Counted from the first letter of the stretch, positions 1 through 11,072 are shown. The stretch: 64,000 bases of DNA from an uncultured Chloroflexia bacterium (GCA_963700285.1 CAVOXA010000001.1:1280001-1344000), one strand, 5' to 3'. The notes: generated from the sequence alone by a model not told the origin. Numbers and translations are program-made.

Positions 1-355
1 CATCAAAGATCAGCACGCCAAGGCTAACCGCAGTCTGGCTGTCTGCAGAGACCGAGACGATCACGGGCGTGGAGGGTTTCTTTGTCAAGACTACCTGATA
101 GGTGGTCGGGGGGCCCCCCTCCGCCAGATCCACAGACGATGGCTCCACACTCAGGCCCGGTTTGGCCGACGTGGTTTGAGGCTCAGGCTGGCTGACAGAA
201 AGACCATCCAATGATTCTGTTGTGAGCGGGCTAGGATTGACTCCAGTGTAATCTGCCTGCACTGCTTTTGCTGGCACGAACAAGGCACAGAGCAAGGCCC
301 ATGCAACGGCCCAACTGGCTGCAGTCCTTCTCCTGCTGCGCACTAGCACTTTCAT
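1..355 (-). CDS. Secreted/surface protein, N-terminal part (runs off the window)
   Basis: Not in the ORF track. Manual translation from ATG at 355: MKVLVRSRRRTAASWAVAWALLCALFVPAKAVQA (basic/hydrophobic signal peptide), then ...GLSVEPSSVDLAEGGPPTTYQVVLTKKPSTPVIVSVS, an Ig/Calx-beta-like beta-sandwich pattern. Open to position 1. Confidence 0.7.
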   Translation of the reverse strand, partial: MKVLVRSRRRTAASWAVAWALLCALFVPAKAVQADYTGVNPSPLTTESLDGLSVSQPEPQTTSAKPGLSVEPSSVDLAEGGPPTTYQVVLTKKPSTPVIVSVSADSQTAVSLGVLIFD

Positions 356-499
356 GTTGCGAGTCTGCGAACTCTGGCTGGTGCCTGGAATACCCCTAAC
401 CTCGAGGGCCCACAACTCAGGGCCATGACTCCACCTACAGCCAGTCGACTGCTCGTCAATCCTCCTGCCCTCTCAGTGGCGGCCACATGTGGCCATCTG

Positions 500-2210
500 T
501 CACTCGTATGCGGCCCGCAGGTGGTAGGGCTGCGAGCTGCCGCCTCCATCCCGGTGGAAGACCTGGATCAAGTAGCGTCCAGCGGGTACCGAGACCTTGA
601 TATACTCGTCATTGTTGAAAAGCTGAGCTGAGTAGCCCTTGGTGTTCAAGTTGATATCACGCAGGACCAGGTCATAGTTCTGTCCGGCAGGGATGTCTGT
701 CAAGCGGAGCTCCACGGCGCGCCTGGTGGGCATTACAAAGTAAAAGTAATCGCTGACGTCTTGAGCCCCCGGGGGAAAAGTTCCAAAGTAGGTCAGACCG
801 GACATGATGGGACCGTTTGCCTCGGCTGCGGAGTCGTTGGGCTCGGCCTCCCACAGCACGTCCACCTTCTGCGCGTTGGACCACGAACTCTCACCTGAGG
901 GGTTTCGAGATTTGACGCGATAGAAAAGCCTGGAGGCGCCGTTTCCCACCACCTCAAAGGCAGTGTCCGCCCCCACATAGAATCTCTTGGGTCCCCTGGA
1001 AGCTGTTGTCTGTGGCCTCTTCCAGGATGTAGGTCTTGGCCCTAGCGGCGGTGCTCCAGTTGACCGAGTAGTCTCCAACGCCACCGGGGTTCAGGATGGG
1101 CTGCAGGGATGGTGTCTCGGGTACCGGGGGCCAGATTCGAATTATGACTGGCAGTAGGGCCGTTTGCGCCAGGGCCCCCCCCACCCTGGTTGACTTGGGC
1201 AGGCTCCATCCGCTCATAACACCGCCGGGCCCGTTGGCCCGCACATGGTAGTACCAGATACCCTCAGGCTGATCCTGAACCTGATAGTCGTTGTTGGCCC
1301 CCAGGTAGCGCGTGGTCGGGCTGTTGAACGCCGCATTGTCGTCCTCCTGCAGGGTATAGGAGCTGGCGCCGGCCACCGCGCTCCACGCCACGAGGTAGTT
1401 GGGTTCGTTGTCGGGGTTCACAATGTCGAAGAGCTGCGGGACACCGATGATCACCGTGGCCGACACCGTATTGGACGGACGACTGACTGTCCCGGTGCCA
1501 ATGGCAAAGACCCGGTAGTACCAGGTGCCCGGAGCCCTGTTTGGGAGCACCACCTCAGAATCGGGACCAGTATAGACAGAGGCCGGCGAGTCAAAAGCGC
1601 TACTGATATCCTCCTCGAGCACGTACGCCACGGCCCCCGTTACTTCACTCCACGCTACCAAGTAGCTGCCGTCGCCGTCCTCATTGTCGATCTGCTCCAG
1701 CACTGGGGCTGCCGGCTTGATGAAAATGTCTGCATCCGCGGGCGGTACGTCGGGAAGCGTGCCCGCGCTGCCCTTGAGCGTGAGCGATGCTGTGTTTGTT
1801 GCCATCTGGCCAGCGCCCCCGATCACCTTCATCCTGAAAGTGACGACCTGAGTGCGGTTCATCTTGAGCGTGCCGTCCCACATCACACTCTCAGTCACTG
1901 GCGGCACAGCCGGGACATAGGCAGCGTCACCCGTGATCGAGTCCTGCACGATTTCGAACCAGGCTGGCTTGGGATTCCTGTCGATCACGGTCAGCTCGGC
2001 GTCCTGGACCCATCTGTTTCGGAAGGTCAGCGTGATCTCCACCTCATCGCCTACATCCACGCCGTCCTCTGGGGTAGTACTCTTGGACAGCGTGAAATCG
2101 GCCAGGGGATCTTGCGGCTCGGCAACAGCGCCAGAGGCCACGGAAACGGTGGCGATGATGAAAACAAGGACTAGTCTGGCGACGTGCATGGCACGGCGTC
2201 TAGGGGCCAT
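500..2210 (-). CDS. Secreted protein with DUF11-like domain, fibronectin type III-like repeats and C-terminal PPC-like domain (one frameshift near 980)
   Basis: ORF 954-2210 has a signal peptide and repeated YxVxW...Y.L.E...F...YYRVxA units. ORF 500-1084 continues the third repeat and adds EAEPND...DYFYF...YDLVL (PPC-like). Removing one base at ~980 (GAG ATT CTA TGT to GAG ATC TAT GTG) joins the two. Confidence 0.75.
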
Positions 2211-2529
2211 TGCTTCTCTCTCCTGCTGGTAAAAGCTCGTCTAGGTTCTCAATCTGATGTCTGAGGCTCGAGACTTGGCGTCGCGCACACTCGGGGCCAT
2301 CATACCCACACCCGCGTCTGCTGGCTGTAACGCAGCATACGATCCGAAGTCGCTCCCGATTCGCAGAACGTGCCGCCCTGTCTCCTGTACAGCCGCACCT
2401 TGAGGATCTGCCAATCACGCTGCTCTAGGCAATCTCTGTGCATCCAATGGCTTTGCTCAGGACTCGAGCCGACGCACTGGCCATAACCACATCAAGGTTG
2501 CTGTGGCCATGATGCGGTCTAGAGACTTC

Positions 2530-3777
2530 CTACGGGGGCGGCGGCTCTGGCGTACCGTCGCCTCCTCCGCCGCCTCCTCCAGACCGTTTCCACTCCAGCG
2601 TTCGCACCTCGCTCAGTGGGCTGCGTGCCGTGCCTTCGGGTTTGCCTTCGTTGTTGATGCCCGTACGGCGCATTACCCGTACCGCCCAACGGAATTCTCC
2701 ATTGTCGGACAGATCGAGAAGATAACGGTGCTCGCTCATGTCCCAACTTGGCTGTTTGGTCCATGGCGTCTCGTCGTACCACGTCTCCCCGAACCGGAGA
2801 AAGGCCACCGTAGGTACATAGTATTCGTCCGGCGCCAACTGTCCCACAGGCTCCCAACGCAAGACCACGCTATCGTTGGACGAGTAGACCCGACCCTCCG
2901 GCGGAGACTGCAGTACCGGAGCTGGAAACTGCGGGCCCGCCGTTGGTCTAAGTGTTGCGGTGGGTGAAGGACTGGTCGGCCTGGCCGTGGGCCTGGGAGT
3001 ATTCGTTGGCGCAACGGTCGCCGTGGGCTCCAGAGTCGGTGTGGCGGTCGCCGTTGGTGGGGTAGTAGCAGTAGCTGTGGGCGATTGGCTAGCCGTCGGC
3101 TTGGTCTCGGGCGTGCCCTGTCCTGGTGTTGCAGCAGCCTGGACAGGTTCTGTCGGCAAAGGGGTTGGCGTCGGCGAAGGCGTGGCGCTGGGTGACTTGG
3201 TTGCAGTCGGGGTAGGAGGGAGTGTCGGCGAGCTGGACTGGGAAGGCAAAGAGGTCTTGGTCGGTTCTGGTGACGATGTCGGCGACGCGGCCGGCGTAGA
3301 GATAGAGACCTCGGTAGAGGTTTTGCCGGAGACGCTGGTGGCCGTGCTTTGCGCCAGAGCTACTGCTTTGGTAGGCGTAGCTGAACCTGTCAGCCCCGTT
3401 GCCGGTCCAAGGAACAGGAACAGTCCGGCGATCAGCGCAACCGCCGCCAGGGCCATGCCGGCAATAGCCCACCCAGGAAGCCTGCGGCTCTGCCCTTTTG
3501 AACGCCCGATCCACGAAATCGTCGTTGGTTTTTCGACAACGCCCTCTGACTGAGTCGCTTTGAAGCGCGGGCAGGCAGCCCACTCACCCTCCAGGCAGGT
3601 ACTGGCCTGGTAGGCGAGCTCAATGCTTAGCGGCGGGCTCTGCGTGTGGCACTGGTTGGCAGCACTGGGATAGGCGTGGTGGGTTTCAGCGTCCACCTGC
3701 CAACCCAAAAAGGGGCACACCCCATTTGAGGCAAACCCTTCAGCCGGATCTGTTCCTGGTCCCCTTTTCTCAGACAT
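2530..3777 (-). CDS. Membrane-anchored protein: Cys-rich N-terminus, one TM helix, long Pro/Thr/Ser linker, C-terminal beta domain
   Basis: 452 aa ORF, likely start MSEKRG at 3777 after a purine-rich RBS. CPFLG...C...C...CPRF cluster, TM WAIAGMALAAVALIAGLFLFL, PTATPT-type linker. Confidence 0.75.
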   Translation of the reverse strand: MSEKRGPGTDPAEGFASNGVCPFLGWQVDAETHHAYPSAANQCHTQSPPLSIELAYQASTCLEGEWAACPRFKATQSEGVVEKPTTISWIGRSKGQSRRLPGWAIAGMALAAVALIAGLFLFLGPATGLTGSATPTKAVALAQSTATSVSGKTSTEVSISTPAASPTSSPEPTKTSLPSQSSSPTLPPTPTATKSPSATPSPTPTPLPTEPVQAAATPGQGTPETKPTASQSPTATATTPPTATATPTLEPTATVAPTNTPRPTARPTSPSPTATLRPTAGPQFPAPVLQSPPEGRVYSSNDSVVLRWEPVGQLAPDEYYVPTVAFLRFGETWYDETPWTKQPSWDMSEHRYLLDLSDNGEFRWAVRVMRRTGINNEGKPEGTARSPLSEVRTLEWKRSGGGGGGGDGTPEPPPP

Positions 3778-3825
3778 GCCCCTTCCTTGCTCTTGCCTCG
3801 TTGGCAACCGGACGGTGTTAGTCTC

Positions 3826-3854
3826 AGTATAGCACAGCGCGGCCAATATCGCAA
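3826..3854 (-). promoter_or_regulatory. Sigma70-type promoter for the 3777 gene
   Basis: Minus strand TTGCGA-17 nt-TATACT with extended TG, ~50 nt upstream of the start. Confidence 0.6.
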
Positions 3855-3982
3855 GAACCGCTTCCTCGTCTCCCGCTTGGTGTGGCACTGGGCGCGCAGC
3901 CGGCGGCTGTACACCGGCCGCCTTGCGGAACGCACAATAAACCTGCCCGCGGATCCTCCAAACGGACTGGCTGGCGCTTACG

Positions 3983-4016
3983 TATCATACCGCCAAAGCC
4001 AATCAAAGGATACGGC
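3983..4016 (-). promoter_or_regulatory. Bipartite motif, copy 1 (GCCGTATCCTTT-N13-GGTATGATA)
   Basis: Same 12-mer, same spacing and 8/9 match of the second block as 61605-61638. Confidence 0.5.
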
Positions 4017-4099
4017 TCTGGGCTCGAATTCTGGCAGAATGGAAACACGCGAGTCTCTGCCTAAAAGACACAGCCCAGTGCTGGGTAGCCTGGCGGCCC

Positions 4100-5746
4100 C
4101 TAGTCCTGGGCCTTGCCCCAGCCACCGCCTCCCGGTGTGCATACGATCAGCCGGTCACTCGGTTTCACCCTGAGTTCTGCCTTGCCCGGCAGGGCTATCT
4201 CTTTCCCATCACGTATGAGCAGGTTCCGGCCACATGCGCCTGGCTGGCCTCCTCGCAACCCGTAGGGTACAGTACGCCGGCGCTCGGTGAGCAGCGTTAC
4301 AGTCGCTGGGGAGAGAAACTCGATCTCTCGCACCACGCCGTGGCCGCCATGATGTTTCCCCGCGCCGCCAGAGCCCCTTCTCAGGGAATAGCGCCGCACG
4401 CGAAAAGGATAGGTATACTCTAGCGCCTCAACCGGCGTGTTCAGCGTGTTGCTCATGTGCACGTGCGCGCCGGACAAGCCATTCCCCTTCGGACTTGCTC
4501 CTGCTCCTCCCCCAACCGTCTCATAGTAGGCAAAGGCAGTGCCCCTCTCAGGGTCGTGCCCGCCAATGGCCACGTTGTTCATCGTGCCCTGGCTGGCTGC
4601 CGGGACCAGATCAGGCAAGGCTTTTGCCAATGCCCCCAAGACGGCATCTACGATGCGCTGGGATGTCTCGACGTTGCCCCCGGCGACCGCATGGGGTGGA
4701 GGAGCGTCCAAGAAGCTATCCTCGGGAACCACCACCCTTACCGGCGCAAAGGTACCACTGTTGCCCGGGATATCAGCGCCGGCCACGCAGCGCACGCAGT
4801 ACCAGGTTGCCGACTCGGTGATAGCTCGTACTGCATTGATGCCTCCAGCCACTGCCGGGCTGGAACCTGTGAAATCCACGACCATATGGTCGCCGTCCAC
4901 GGTGACCTCCACCCGAATCTGCGGACCCTGCCCTGCAGCACCTGCTGCGTTCTGCCGGGCTTCTTCCGCCAACCTGGGACCGTGGAGCGAGAACTCTACG
5001 GAGCCCGTGCCATCATCGTCCATCTCATCGCCAAAGGCATAGACGCCATCGGGTATGCGGGCGATGGCGGCACGCGTCAGTCGTTCTGCATAGGCGAGCA
5101 AGCCGTGGGCATAGTGGCTCGTTTCCTGAAGGCCGTACAGGGCTACGATCTCCTGCATGCGTTGCTCGCCAACCTGATGGGCGGCCATCTGGGCCGCCAA
5201 ATCCCCGCGGCGCTCCACCGGCGTGCGCACATTTCTCGCAATGATGTCCAAAGCGGCGTGGTTGATCTGCCCGGCCTCGACCAGTTTGACTGGGGGCAGG
5301 ATAATGCCTTCCTGGTAAATTTCGGTTGCCAGGGGCATGGAGCCCGGCGTCATCCCGCCTACATCGGCGTGGTGGGCGCGACTGGCAACAAAGAAAGAGG
5401 GCGTGTCCAACCCCCCAACAAAGACTGGCGAAACCATGGTAATGTCTGGCAAGTGGGTGCCGCCGAGGTAGGGATCGTTCAACACCACGAGATCCCCAGG
5501 GGACCAGTGCTCAAAGACCTGCAACGCGGCCCGAACCGATGCGGGCATGGCGCCCAGATGCACCGGGATGTGGGCTGCCTGGGCGATCATCTGCGCATCG
5601 GCCAGGAAACAGGCGCAGGAAAAATCGCGGCGTTCCTTGATGTTGGGGCTGTACGCCGTGCGGCCCAGCGTTACACCCATTTCCTCAGCCACCGAGGCGA
5701 ACAGGTTCCGAAAGATCTCCAGGGCGATGGGATCGATTGGGTTCAC
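4100..5746 (-). CDS. Hydantoinase B / 5-oxoprolinase subunit
   Basis: TAYSPNIKERRDFSCA, HIPVHLG, NDPYLGGTHLPD, HHADVGG, TPGGGGWG. The likely GTG start overlaps the stop of the upstream subunit. Confidence 0.93.
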   Translation of the reverse strand: MNPIDPIALEIFRNLFASVAEEMGVTLGRTAYSPNIKERRDFSCACFLADAQMIAQAAHIPVHLGAMPASVRAALQVFEHWSPGDLVVLNDPYLGGTHLPDITMVSPVFVGGLDTPSFFVASRAHHADVGGMTPGSMPLATEIYQEGIILPPVKLVEAGQINHAALDIIARNVRTPVERRGDLAAQMAAHQVGEQRMQEIVALYGLQETSHYAHGLLAYAERLTRAAIARIPDGVYAFGDEMDDDGTGSVEFSLHGPRLAEEARQNAAGAAGQGPQIRVEVTVDGDHMVVDFTGSSPAVAGGINAVRAITESATWYCVRCVAGADIPGNSGTFAPVRVVVPEDSFLDAPPPHAVAGGNVETSQRIVDAVLGALAKALPDLVPAASQGTMNNVAIGGHDPERGTAFAYYETVGGGAGASPKGNGLSGAHVHMSNTLNTPVEALEYTYPFRVRRYSLRRGSGGAGKHHGGHGVVREIEFLSPATVTLLTERRRTVPYGLRGGQPGACGRNLLIRDGKEIALPGKAELRVKPSDRLIVCTPGGGGWGKAQD

Positions 5747-7773
5747 GGAGAACCACCCTGTACTACGAGGTTGCCCCACTCGTCCACCGTGGCAGCCCAG
5801 TTTTCGGGTACGATGGTCGTCGTGTCAAACTGAAAGAGCACAGCAGGCCCTATGACAATGTTGCCGGCCGCCAATTTCTCCCTCTGGTACAGGGCAGCCG
5901 GAACAGGGCGGGCAGCACGGGCGTTGCCCGAGTCCGCAAAGTGAACCTGCTTGTAGCCAACGTGCGCGGGCCTGGGATCGACGTCCCCCAGCGGTTGCCG
6001 CTGGAACTGGGGTTTGCTGGTGCTCCCGATCGCTTTGAGCCTCAGATTGACGATTTCCACAGGCTCGCCCCGGCTGGCGTACGAGAACCGCCGTTTGTGT
6101 ACCTCGTGAAAATCCTCCACGTACCGCTGCACATTCCCGCCTGTTCCGCTACTGACCGCGACGCCCAGTTCGTAGGACTGGCCTACGTAGCGCATGTCAA
6201 GCGTGGGGAGCAGGGTAATCTCTCCCTCGATGTTTTCGGCAAGGAGATCAGCCTGGGCGCGCTCGTACAGAGGGGCAAATAGCCGGGGCAGTGTTTGGGC
6301 CTCAGCCTCCTCGGGAGAGAGCATGACTGTCCGAGAATAGTCCTTGGTGATATCGGCCAGGACCATGCCCAGGGCTGACAGGACGCCGGGATGAGGTGGG
6401 ATGAGGACCCGGGGGATATGGAGCGCCGCAGCCAGTTCGCAGGCGTGCAGCGGCCCTGCTCCTCCAAAGGATACAAGCGTAAATCGCCGCGGATCGTAGC
6501 CGCGCTCGACCGAGATCCTACGGATGGCCCGTTCCATATTCGAGTTGGCAACCCGGATCACGCCCCAGGCTGCAACTTCCAGAGGCAAGCTCAAGCTGCG
6601 CGCCAGAGCTTGCATATGATCCCGGGTACGAGCCATGTCCAAATGCATCTTGCCGCCCAAAAAGTGTTCTGGATCCAGACGGCCCAAGACCAGATTGGCA
6701 TCGGTCACTGTGACGGCATGGGCATTTTCCCTGCCATAGCACAGCGGGCCAGGATTCGAGCCCGCGCTCTCGGGTCCCACGCGCAGGGCGCCACCCTCAT
6801 CCAGCCGGGCAATGGAACCCCCGCCGGCCCCGACAGTATGGATATCGATGATCGGCAGGCGAAGCGGCAGGCCGGCAATGTCTCCTTCCGTGGTCTGCTG
6901 GACCCGTCCGGGACAGAGCGAGACATCGGTACTGGTACCACCCATGTCGAAGGTGATCGCCTGCTCGAAACCGGCCATTTTCGCCAGCTCAAAGCCGCCC
7001 ACGACGCCACCGGCGGGGCCCGAAAGGGCAGTCCTTGCGGCCTGATCGCAGGCTGCCTTGGCGGAGATCATGCCACCGTTGGACTGCATGATCCGAAGCC
7101 GTCGCCCAGCCAGTCCTTCCTCCAGGCTGGAGATGTAGCGGCTTAGTAGCGGGGCGACGTAGGCGTTTATGACGGTGGTAGACGTGCGCTCGTATTCCCG
7201 GAACTCGGGCAGCACATCCGATGACAAGGACACAAAGGGGGCAGCTTCCCCATTGAGGGCCACCAACCGGTCGCGGATGGCGTGCTCGTGATCGGGGTTC
7301 AGAAAAGAAAAGAGGAAGCAGATGGCTACGGACTCGATGCTCTCGGCCATTATCTGCCGGATGACGGTGTCGGTGGCCTCGGGCTCAAGGGGCTCGAGCA
7401 CAGCGCCGTCCTTGCCCAGTCGCTCGGGCAGCTCAAAACGCCAGTATCCCGGCACGAGAGGCGCTGGGCGTGTGGGATGCAAGGTGTACAGCGCGCTCCG
7501 GGTCTGGCGACCGATCTCAAGGACATCGCGGAAACCCTGGGTGGTGATCAGGGCTGTGCGGGCGCCACGCCGTTCCAACAGTGCATTCGTAGCCACCGTG
7601 GCGCCGTGGATGATGGTGACCTCAGGCCCGGCATCCAGGTCGATGATCCCCTGCAATACGGAGAAGGACGGATCGCGGGCCGAGGTCAGCAGTTTGTGAA
7701 TGCTGACCTGGCCCGCGTCGTCCAGTAGAACAAAGTCGGTGAAGGTACCGCCGACATCTGTACCAAGGATCAT
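5743..7773 (-). CDS. Hydantoinase A / oxoprolinase family ATP-binding subunit
   Basis: DVGGTFTD, TNALLER, EYERTSTT, SGPAGG, DMGGTSTD, GAGGGS, GGAGPLHA. Confidence 0.93.
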   Translation of the reverse strand: MILGTDVGGTFTDFVLLDDAGQVSIHKLLTSARDPSFSVLQGIIDLDAGPEVTIIHGATVATNALLERRGARTALITTQGFRDVLEIGRQTRSALYTLHPTRPAPLVPGYWRFELPERLGKDGAVLEPLEPEATDTVIRQIMAESIESVAICFLFSFLNPDHEHAIRDRLVALNGEAAPFVSLSSDVLPEFREYERTSTTVINAYVAPLLSRYISSLEEGLAGRRLRIMQSNGGMISAKAACDQAARTALSGPAGGVVGGFELAKMAGFEQAITFDMGGTSTDVSLCPGRVQQTTEGDIAGLPLRLPIIDIHTVGAGGGSIARLDEGGALRVGPESAGSNPGPLCYGRENAHAVTVTDANLVLGRLDPEHFLGGKMHLDMARTRDHMQALARSLSLPLEVAAWGVIRVANSNMERAIRRISVERGYDPRRFTLVSFGGAGPLHACELAAALHIPRVLIPPHPGVLSALGMVLADITKDYSRTVMLSPEEAEAQTLPRLFAPLYERAQADLLAENIEGEITLLPTLDMRYVGQSYELGVAVSSGTGGNVQRYVEDFHEVHKRRFSYASRGEPVEIVNLRLKAIGSTSKPQFQRQPLGDVDPRPAHVGYKQVHFADSGNARAARPVPAALYQREKLAAGNIVIGPAVLFQFDTTTIVPENWAATVDEWGNLVVQGGSP

Positions 7774-8717
7774 GCTACAGCGACCGGCTCCGGGTCGGAT
7801 GGTGAATCAAGGCAGGCGAGGTCACGGTAGGCCAGCGTCCACGCCGCTGAGGTAAAGGTCTCGATGAAGGCGACGATGACAGCAAAGACCACCGCGGCAA
7901 TCACGCCTCCGCAGCATAGCGGGCCGACGGCCCAGGACGCCGGGTCTGCACTGGTCAGCAGGGCGATGAAGGGCAGCATCAGCACCACCATGGCGGCGGT
8001 GATCAGAAGGGCCAGCCCCATCCCAATCAAGAAAAAGATGATCCACAGGACGATCGTGGGACCAAGGTTCTCTTTCAGCACCTCCCAGCCTCGCTTGAAA
8101 GCGTCGATCCAGCCCAGGCCCTCCATGATAGCCGCTCGCTCGGCATAGATTCGGATCTGTGCCAGAACCAGGGCGATGATAAACAGCCCGCACAGAAAGG
8201 TAACGCTGCAGCAGGCTACCGGCGCCAGAATGGCCCCGATGCGGCCCAGCCCTGAGGAACTCCCCGAAGCCGACAGCCCAGCAAAGAACGTGGTACCCAG
8301 GACCGCAATCCCCAGCAGTAAGGCGATGATCATGGGGATGGCCGCCAGGATGCCGATGCCGAACAGCGTCCAGAAGCGGCTGGCGCCTGCCCGCCACGCC
8401 CGGCCAAAGCTGGTGTCGCCTTCCTCCTCCACCTGTTGGACGCCTGCAATCAACCCGCCGCGGGCTATCACCGATATGACCCACAGGGCAATGCCGATGA
8501 TGAGGCCCAGACAGGCGGCGCCGGCAAGGGCCCCGAATACCTCGGGAGGGATCCCGAAATCTTTTGGCCCGCCCCATTCGCCACTGCCTGTGGTGTAGCG
8601 AGTGTTGCTCCCTCCGCTCATGGCTCGCCCCAGGCCGGCCAGCAGACCCAGGATCCAGAGCACCTTCCAGCGCCAACTAATTTGCCATGCGCGTGCTAGA
8701 ACGTTTCCATAATCCAT
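7770..8717 (-). CDS. Multi-pass membrane protein of unknown function
   Basis: 315 aa with several hydrophobic helices. MDYGNVLARAWQISWRWKVLWILG start; overlaps the hydantoinase A start. Confidence 0.7.
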   Translation of the reverse strand: MDYGNVLARAWQISWRWKVLWILGLLAGLGRAMSGGSNTRYTTGSGEWGGPKDFGIPPEVFGALAGAACLGLIIGIALWVISVIARGGLIAGVQQVEEEGDTSFGRAWRAGASRFWTLFGIGILAAIPMIIALLLGIAVLGTTFFAGLSASGSSSGLGRIGAILAPVACCSVTFLCGLFIIALVLAQIRIYAERAAIMEGLGWIDAFKRGWEVLKENLGPTIVLWIIFFLIGMGLALLITAAMVVLMLPFIALLTSADPASWAVGPLCCGGVIAAVVFAVIVAFIETFTSAAWTLAYRDLACLDSPSDPEPVAVA

Positions 8718-8843
8718 TTCTTGCCTCCTCTTCTGGGTTTTGCTTCCTCGAACTGTGCGGCTCGCACCAATGCAGCCGCTTCAAAACAGCTTTTCCGGGG
8801 CCCGCGTTGATCTCGGCCCTGGTGCCGGCAAAGGCACGTCCAC

Positions 8844-10418
8844 CTACTCCCATTCGATGGTTGCCGGCGGCTTGCTAGAGATGTCATAGACTATCCGGTT
8901 TACGTCTGGTACCTCGTTCACGATGCGGTTGCTGACACGAGCGAGCAGGTCGTAGGGCAGCCGTGCCCAGTCGGCGGTCATAAAATCGTCGGTGGTGACG
9001 GCCCGCAGGGCCACGACGTTGGCATAGGTTCGCCCATCGCCCATGACTCCCACGCTACGCACCGGCAGCAGGACGGCAAAGGCTTGGGCCGTACCCGATC
9101 CGCTCCGCTGGTGCAGCAGGCCGGCCTGCTCTAGCTCCTGGGTAAAGATAGCGTCAGCGGCCCGCAGCGTTTCCAGCCTGTCCCAGGTTACCTCGCCCAG
9201 AATCCGAACACCCAATCCAGGTCCGGGGAAAGGCTGGCGCTGGATGATGCTGTCAGGCAGGCCAAGCTCGGCACCCACGGCCCGCACCTCGTCCTTGAAT
9301 AGAAAGCGCAGGGGTTCCACCAGTTCCATCTGCATGTCTTCCGGTAGACCACCAACGTTGTGATGGGTCTTGATGCGGTGCGCTCCGGGACGGCCGGTTC
9401 CAGCGCTTTCGATCACGTCGGGATAGATGGTTCCCTGGGCCAGGTAATCGAACTGGCCAAGCCTGCGGGCCTCGCTTTCAAAGACCCGTACAAATCGCTC
9501 GCCAATGATCCGCCGCTTCTCTTCCGGGTCGGTGACACCCGCCAGCGCTTCGAGATACTCCTCGACGGCGTGGACTGCCACCAGTCGCATTCCCTGTTCC
9601 TGCTCGAAGGTACGGATAACCTGCTCCGGCTCGCCCAACCGCAGCATCCCGTGGTCCACAAAGACGCAGGTGAGCTGGTCGCCAATGGCGCGATGGACCA
9701 GGGTAGCCGCCACGGCCGAATCTACGCCCCCAGACAGGCCACATAGTACTTGGCCATCTCCCACCTGCTGGCGGATCGCTGCAACTGCCTCATCGATCAA
9801 GTGCTTGGCTGTCCAGGTACCATGCAAGCCGCACACCTGGTAGACAAAGTTGCCGATCACTTGCGCCCCTTGCGGGGTGTGCGTCACTTCTGGATGAAAT
9901 TGTAGCCCGTACAAACCACGGCTGGCGTTCGCCATGGCAGCGATGGGCGAGTTGCTGGTCTGGGCCACCGCCGCAAAGCCCGGCGGCAGGCTCTCGATAC
10001 GGTCTCCATGGCTCATCCAAACCGATATCGGTGACTCAAGCTCAGCAAGCAGCAAACAGGCAGGGTCGGAGACGCTCAGCTCTGCCGGGCCGTATTCCCT
10101 ATGCTGGGCGGGAGCCACCCGCCCGCCCAAGTTGTGGGCAAGGAGTTGCATCCCATAGCACAGGCCCAGCACTGGCAGCTTGCTCTCCAGGACGTAGGCT
10201 GGCAGCCGGGGTGCGTTGGGCCCGTAGACGCTGCTTGGCCCGCCACTGAGGATGAACCCTCGCGGTTCCAGCGCCAGGACTTTTTCAGCGGGGGCATCAT
10301 AATCGAACATCTCGCAGTACACGTGGGCTTCGCGCACGCGCCTGGCGATGAGTTGGCTGTACTGAGAGCCAAAGTCGAGGATCGCGATGGCCTCGTAATC
10401 GGGTTTGTGTTGATTCAT
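8844..10418 (-). CDS. guaA: GMP synthase (glutamine-hydrolyzing)
   Basis: [57 protein letters not shown]. Confidence 0.98.
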   Translation of the reverse strand: MNQHKPDYEAIAILDFGSQYSQLIARRVREAHVYCEMFDYDAPAEKVLALEPRGFILSGGPSSVYGPNAPRLPAYVLESKLPVLGLCYGMQLLAHNLGGRVAPAQHREYGPAELSVSDPACLLLAELESPISVWMSHGDRIESLPPGFAAVAQTSNSPIAAMANASRGLYGLQFHPEVTHTPQGAQVIGNFVYQVCGLHGTWTAKHLIDEAVAAIRQQVGDGQVLCGLSGGVDSAVAATLVHRAIGDQLTCVFVDHGMLRLGEPEQVIRTFEQEQGMRLVAVHAVEEYLEALAGVTDPEEKRRIIGERFVRVFESEARRLGQFDYLAQGTIYPDVIESAGTGRPGAHRIKTHHNVGGLPEDMQMELVEPLRFLFKDEVRAVGAELGLPDSIIQRQPFPGPGLGVRILGEVTWDRLETLRAADAIFTQELEQAGLLHQRSGSGTAQAFAVLLPVRSVGVMGDGRTYANVVALRAVTTDDFMTADWARLPYDLLARVSNRIVNEVPDVNRIVYDISSKPPATIEWE

Positions 10419-10499
10419 TGGCTTGGGCCAAAGCCTGTCTTCGAGTCTTGTCGATGGAGCTGGCTCATCTGCACCGTTGTCCTGCTACTGGGCCAATCC

Positions 10500-11072
10500 T
10501 CAGTCGGAAAACGTGATCTGGTCGTCGGTCATGCTGGCGATCGTCACCAAAGCTCGCAGAGGCACTCCCAGCGGTTCCAGTTTCTTGCGCCCGCCTTCAA
10601 AGGCCTTCTCGATGAGGGCGCCAATGCCTGCCAGCTCGGCGCCTGCGTGGTGAACCATACGCACCAGCGCATTGATGGTCTGACCACTGGCCAAAAAGTC
10701 GTCAATGATGAGTACCCGATCTCCTGGGCCCAGGAACTCTGGTGAACACATGAGAAAGACCGAGACACCCTTGGTGTGCGAAGGCGCTGCCTCGACATAC
10801 ACCGGCTCGGTCATCGTGACGGGCTTTGTCTTGCGCGCATAGAGCAGGGGAATGTCCAAGCCTAGAGCGGTGGTAAGAGCGGGCGCAATGCCCGAGATCT
10901 CGGCCGTCAGTACTTTCGTCGCCTTTACGTCCGCAAAGCAGACGGCAAGCTCTCGCCCAGCTTCCAGCATCAGGGTCGGATCGACCTGGTGGTTGATAAA
11001 GCTATCGACCTTGAGAATGCCCTTGCCCAGGTTCTCTCCGTCGCGCAAGATCCGTTCCTTCAGCGCTTCCAT
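10500..11072 (-). CDS. xpt: Xanthine phosphoribosyltransferase
   Basis: LKVDSFINHQVDP, LTAEISGIAPA, VLIIDDFLASG PRPP loop, IEKAFEGGR; directly upstream of guaA. Confidence 0.93.
   Translation of the reverse strand: MEALKERILRDGENLGKGILKVDSFINHQVDPTLMLEAGRELAVCFADVKATKVLTAEISGIAPALTTALGLDIPLLYARKTKPVTMTEPVYVEAAPSHTKGVSVFLMCSPEFLGPGDRVLIIDDFLASGQTINALVRMVHHAGAELAGIGALIEKAFEGGRKKLEPLGVPLRALVTIASMTDDQITFSD

Noticed and set aside
1245-7146. Long plus-strand ORFs (e.g. 1245-2174, 4457-5833, 6391-7146)
   Set aside because: Antisense shadows of well-supported GC-rich minus-strand genes, with no recognisable motifs. The same applies to similar ORFs opposite the NRPS genes.
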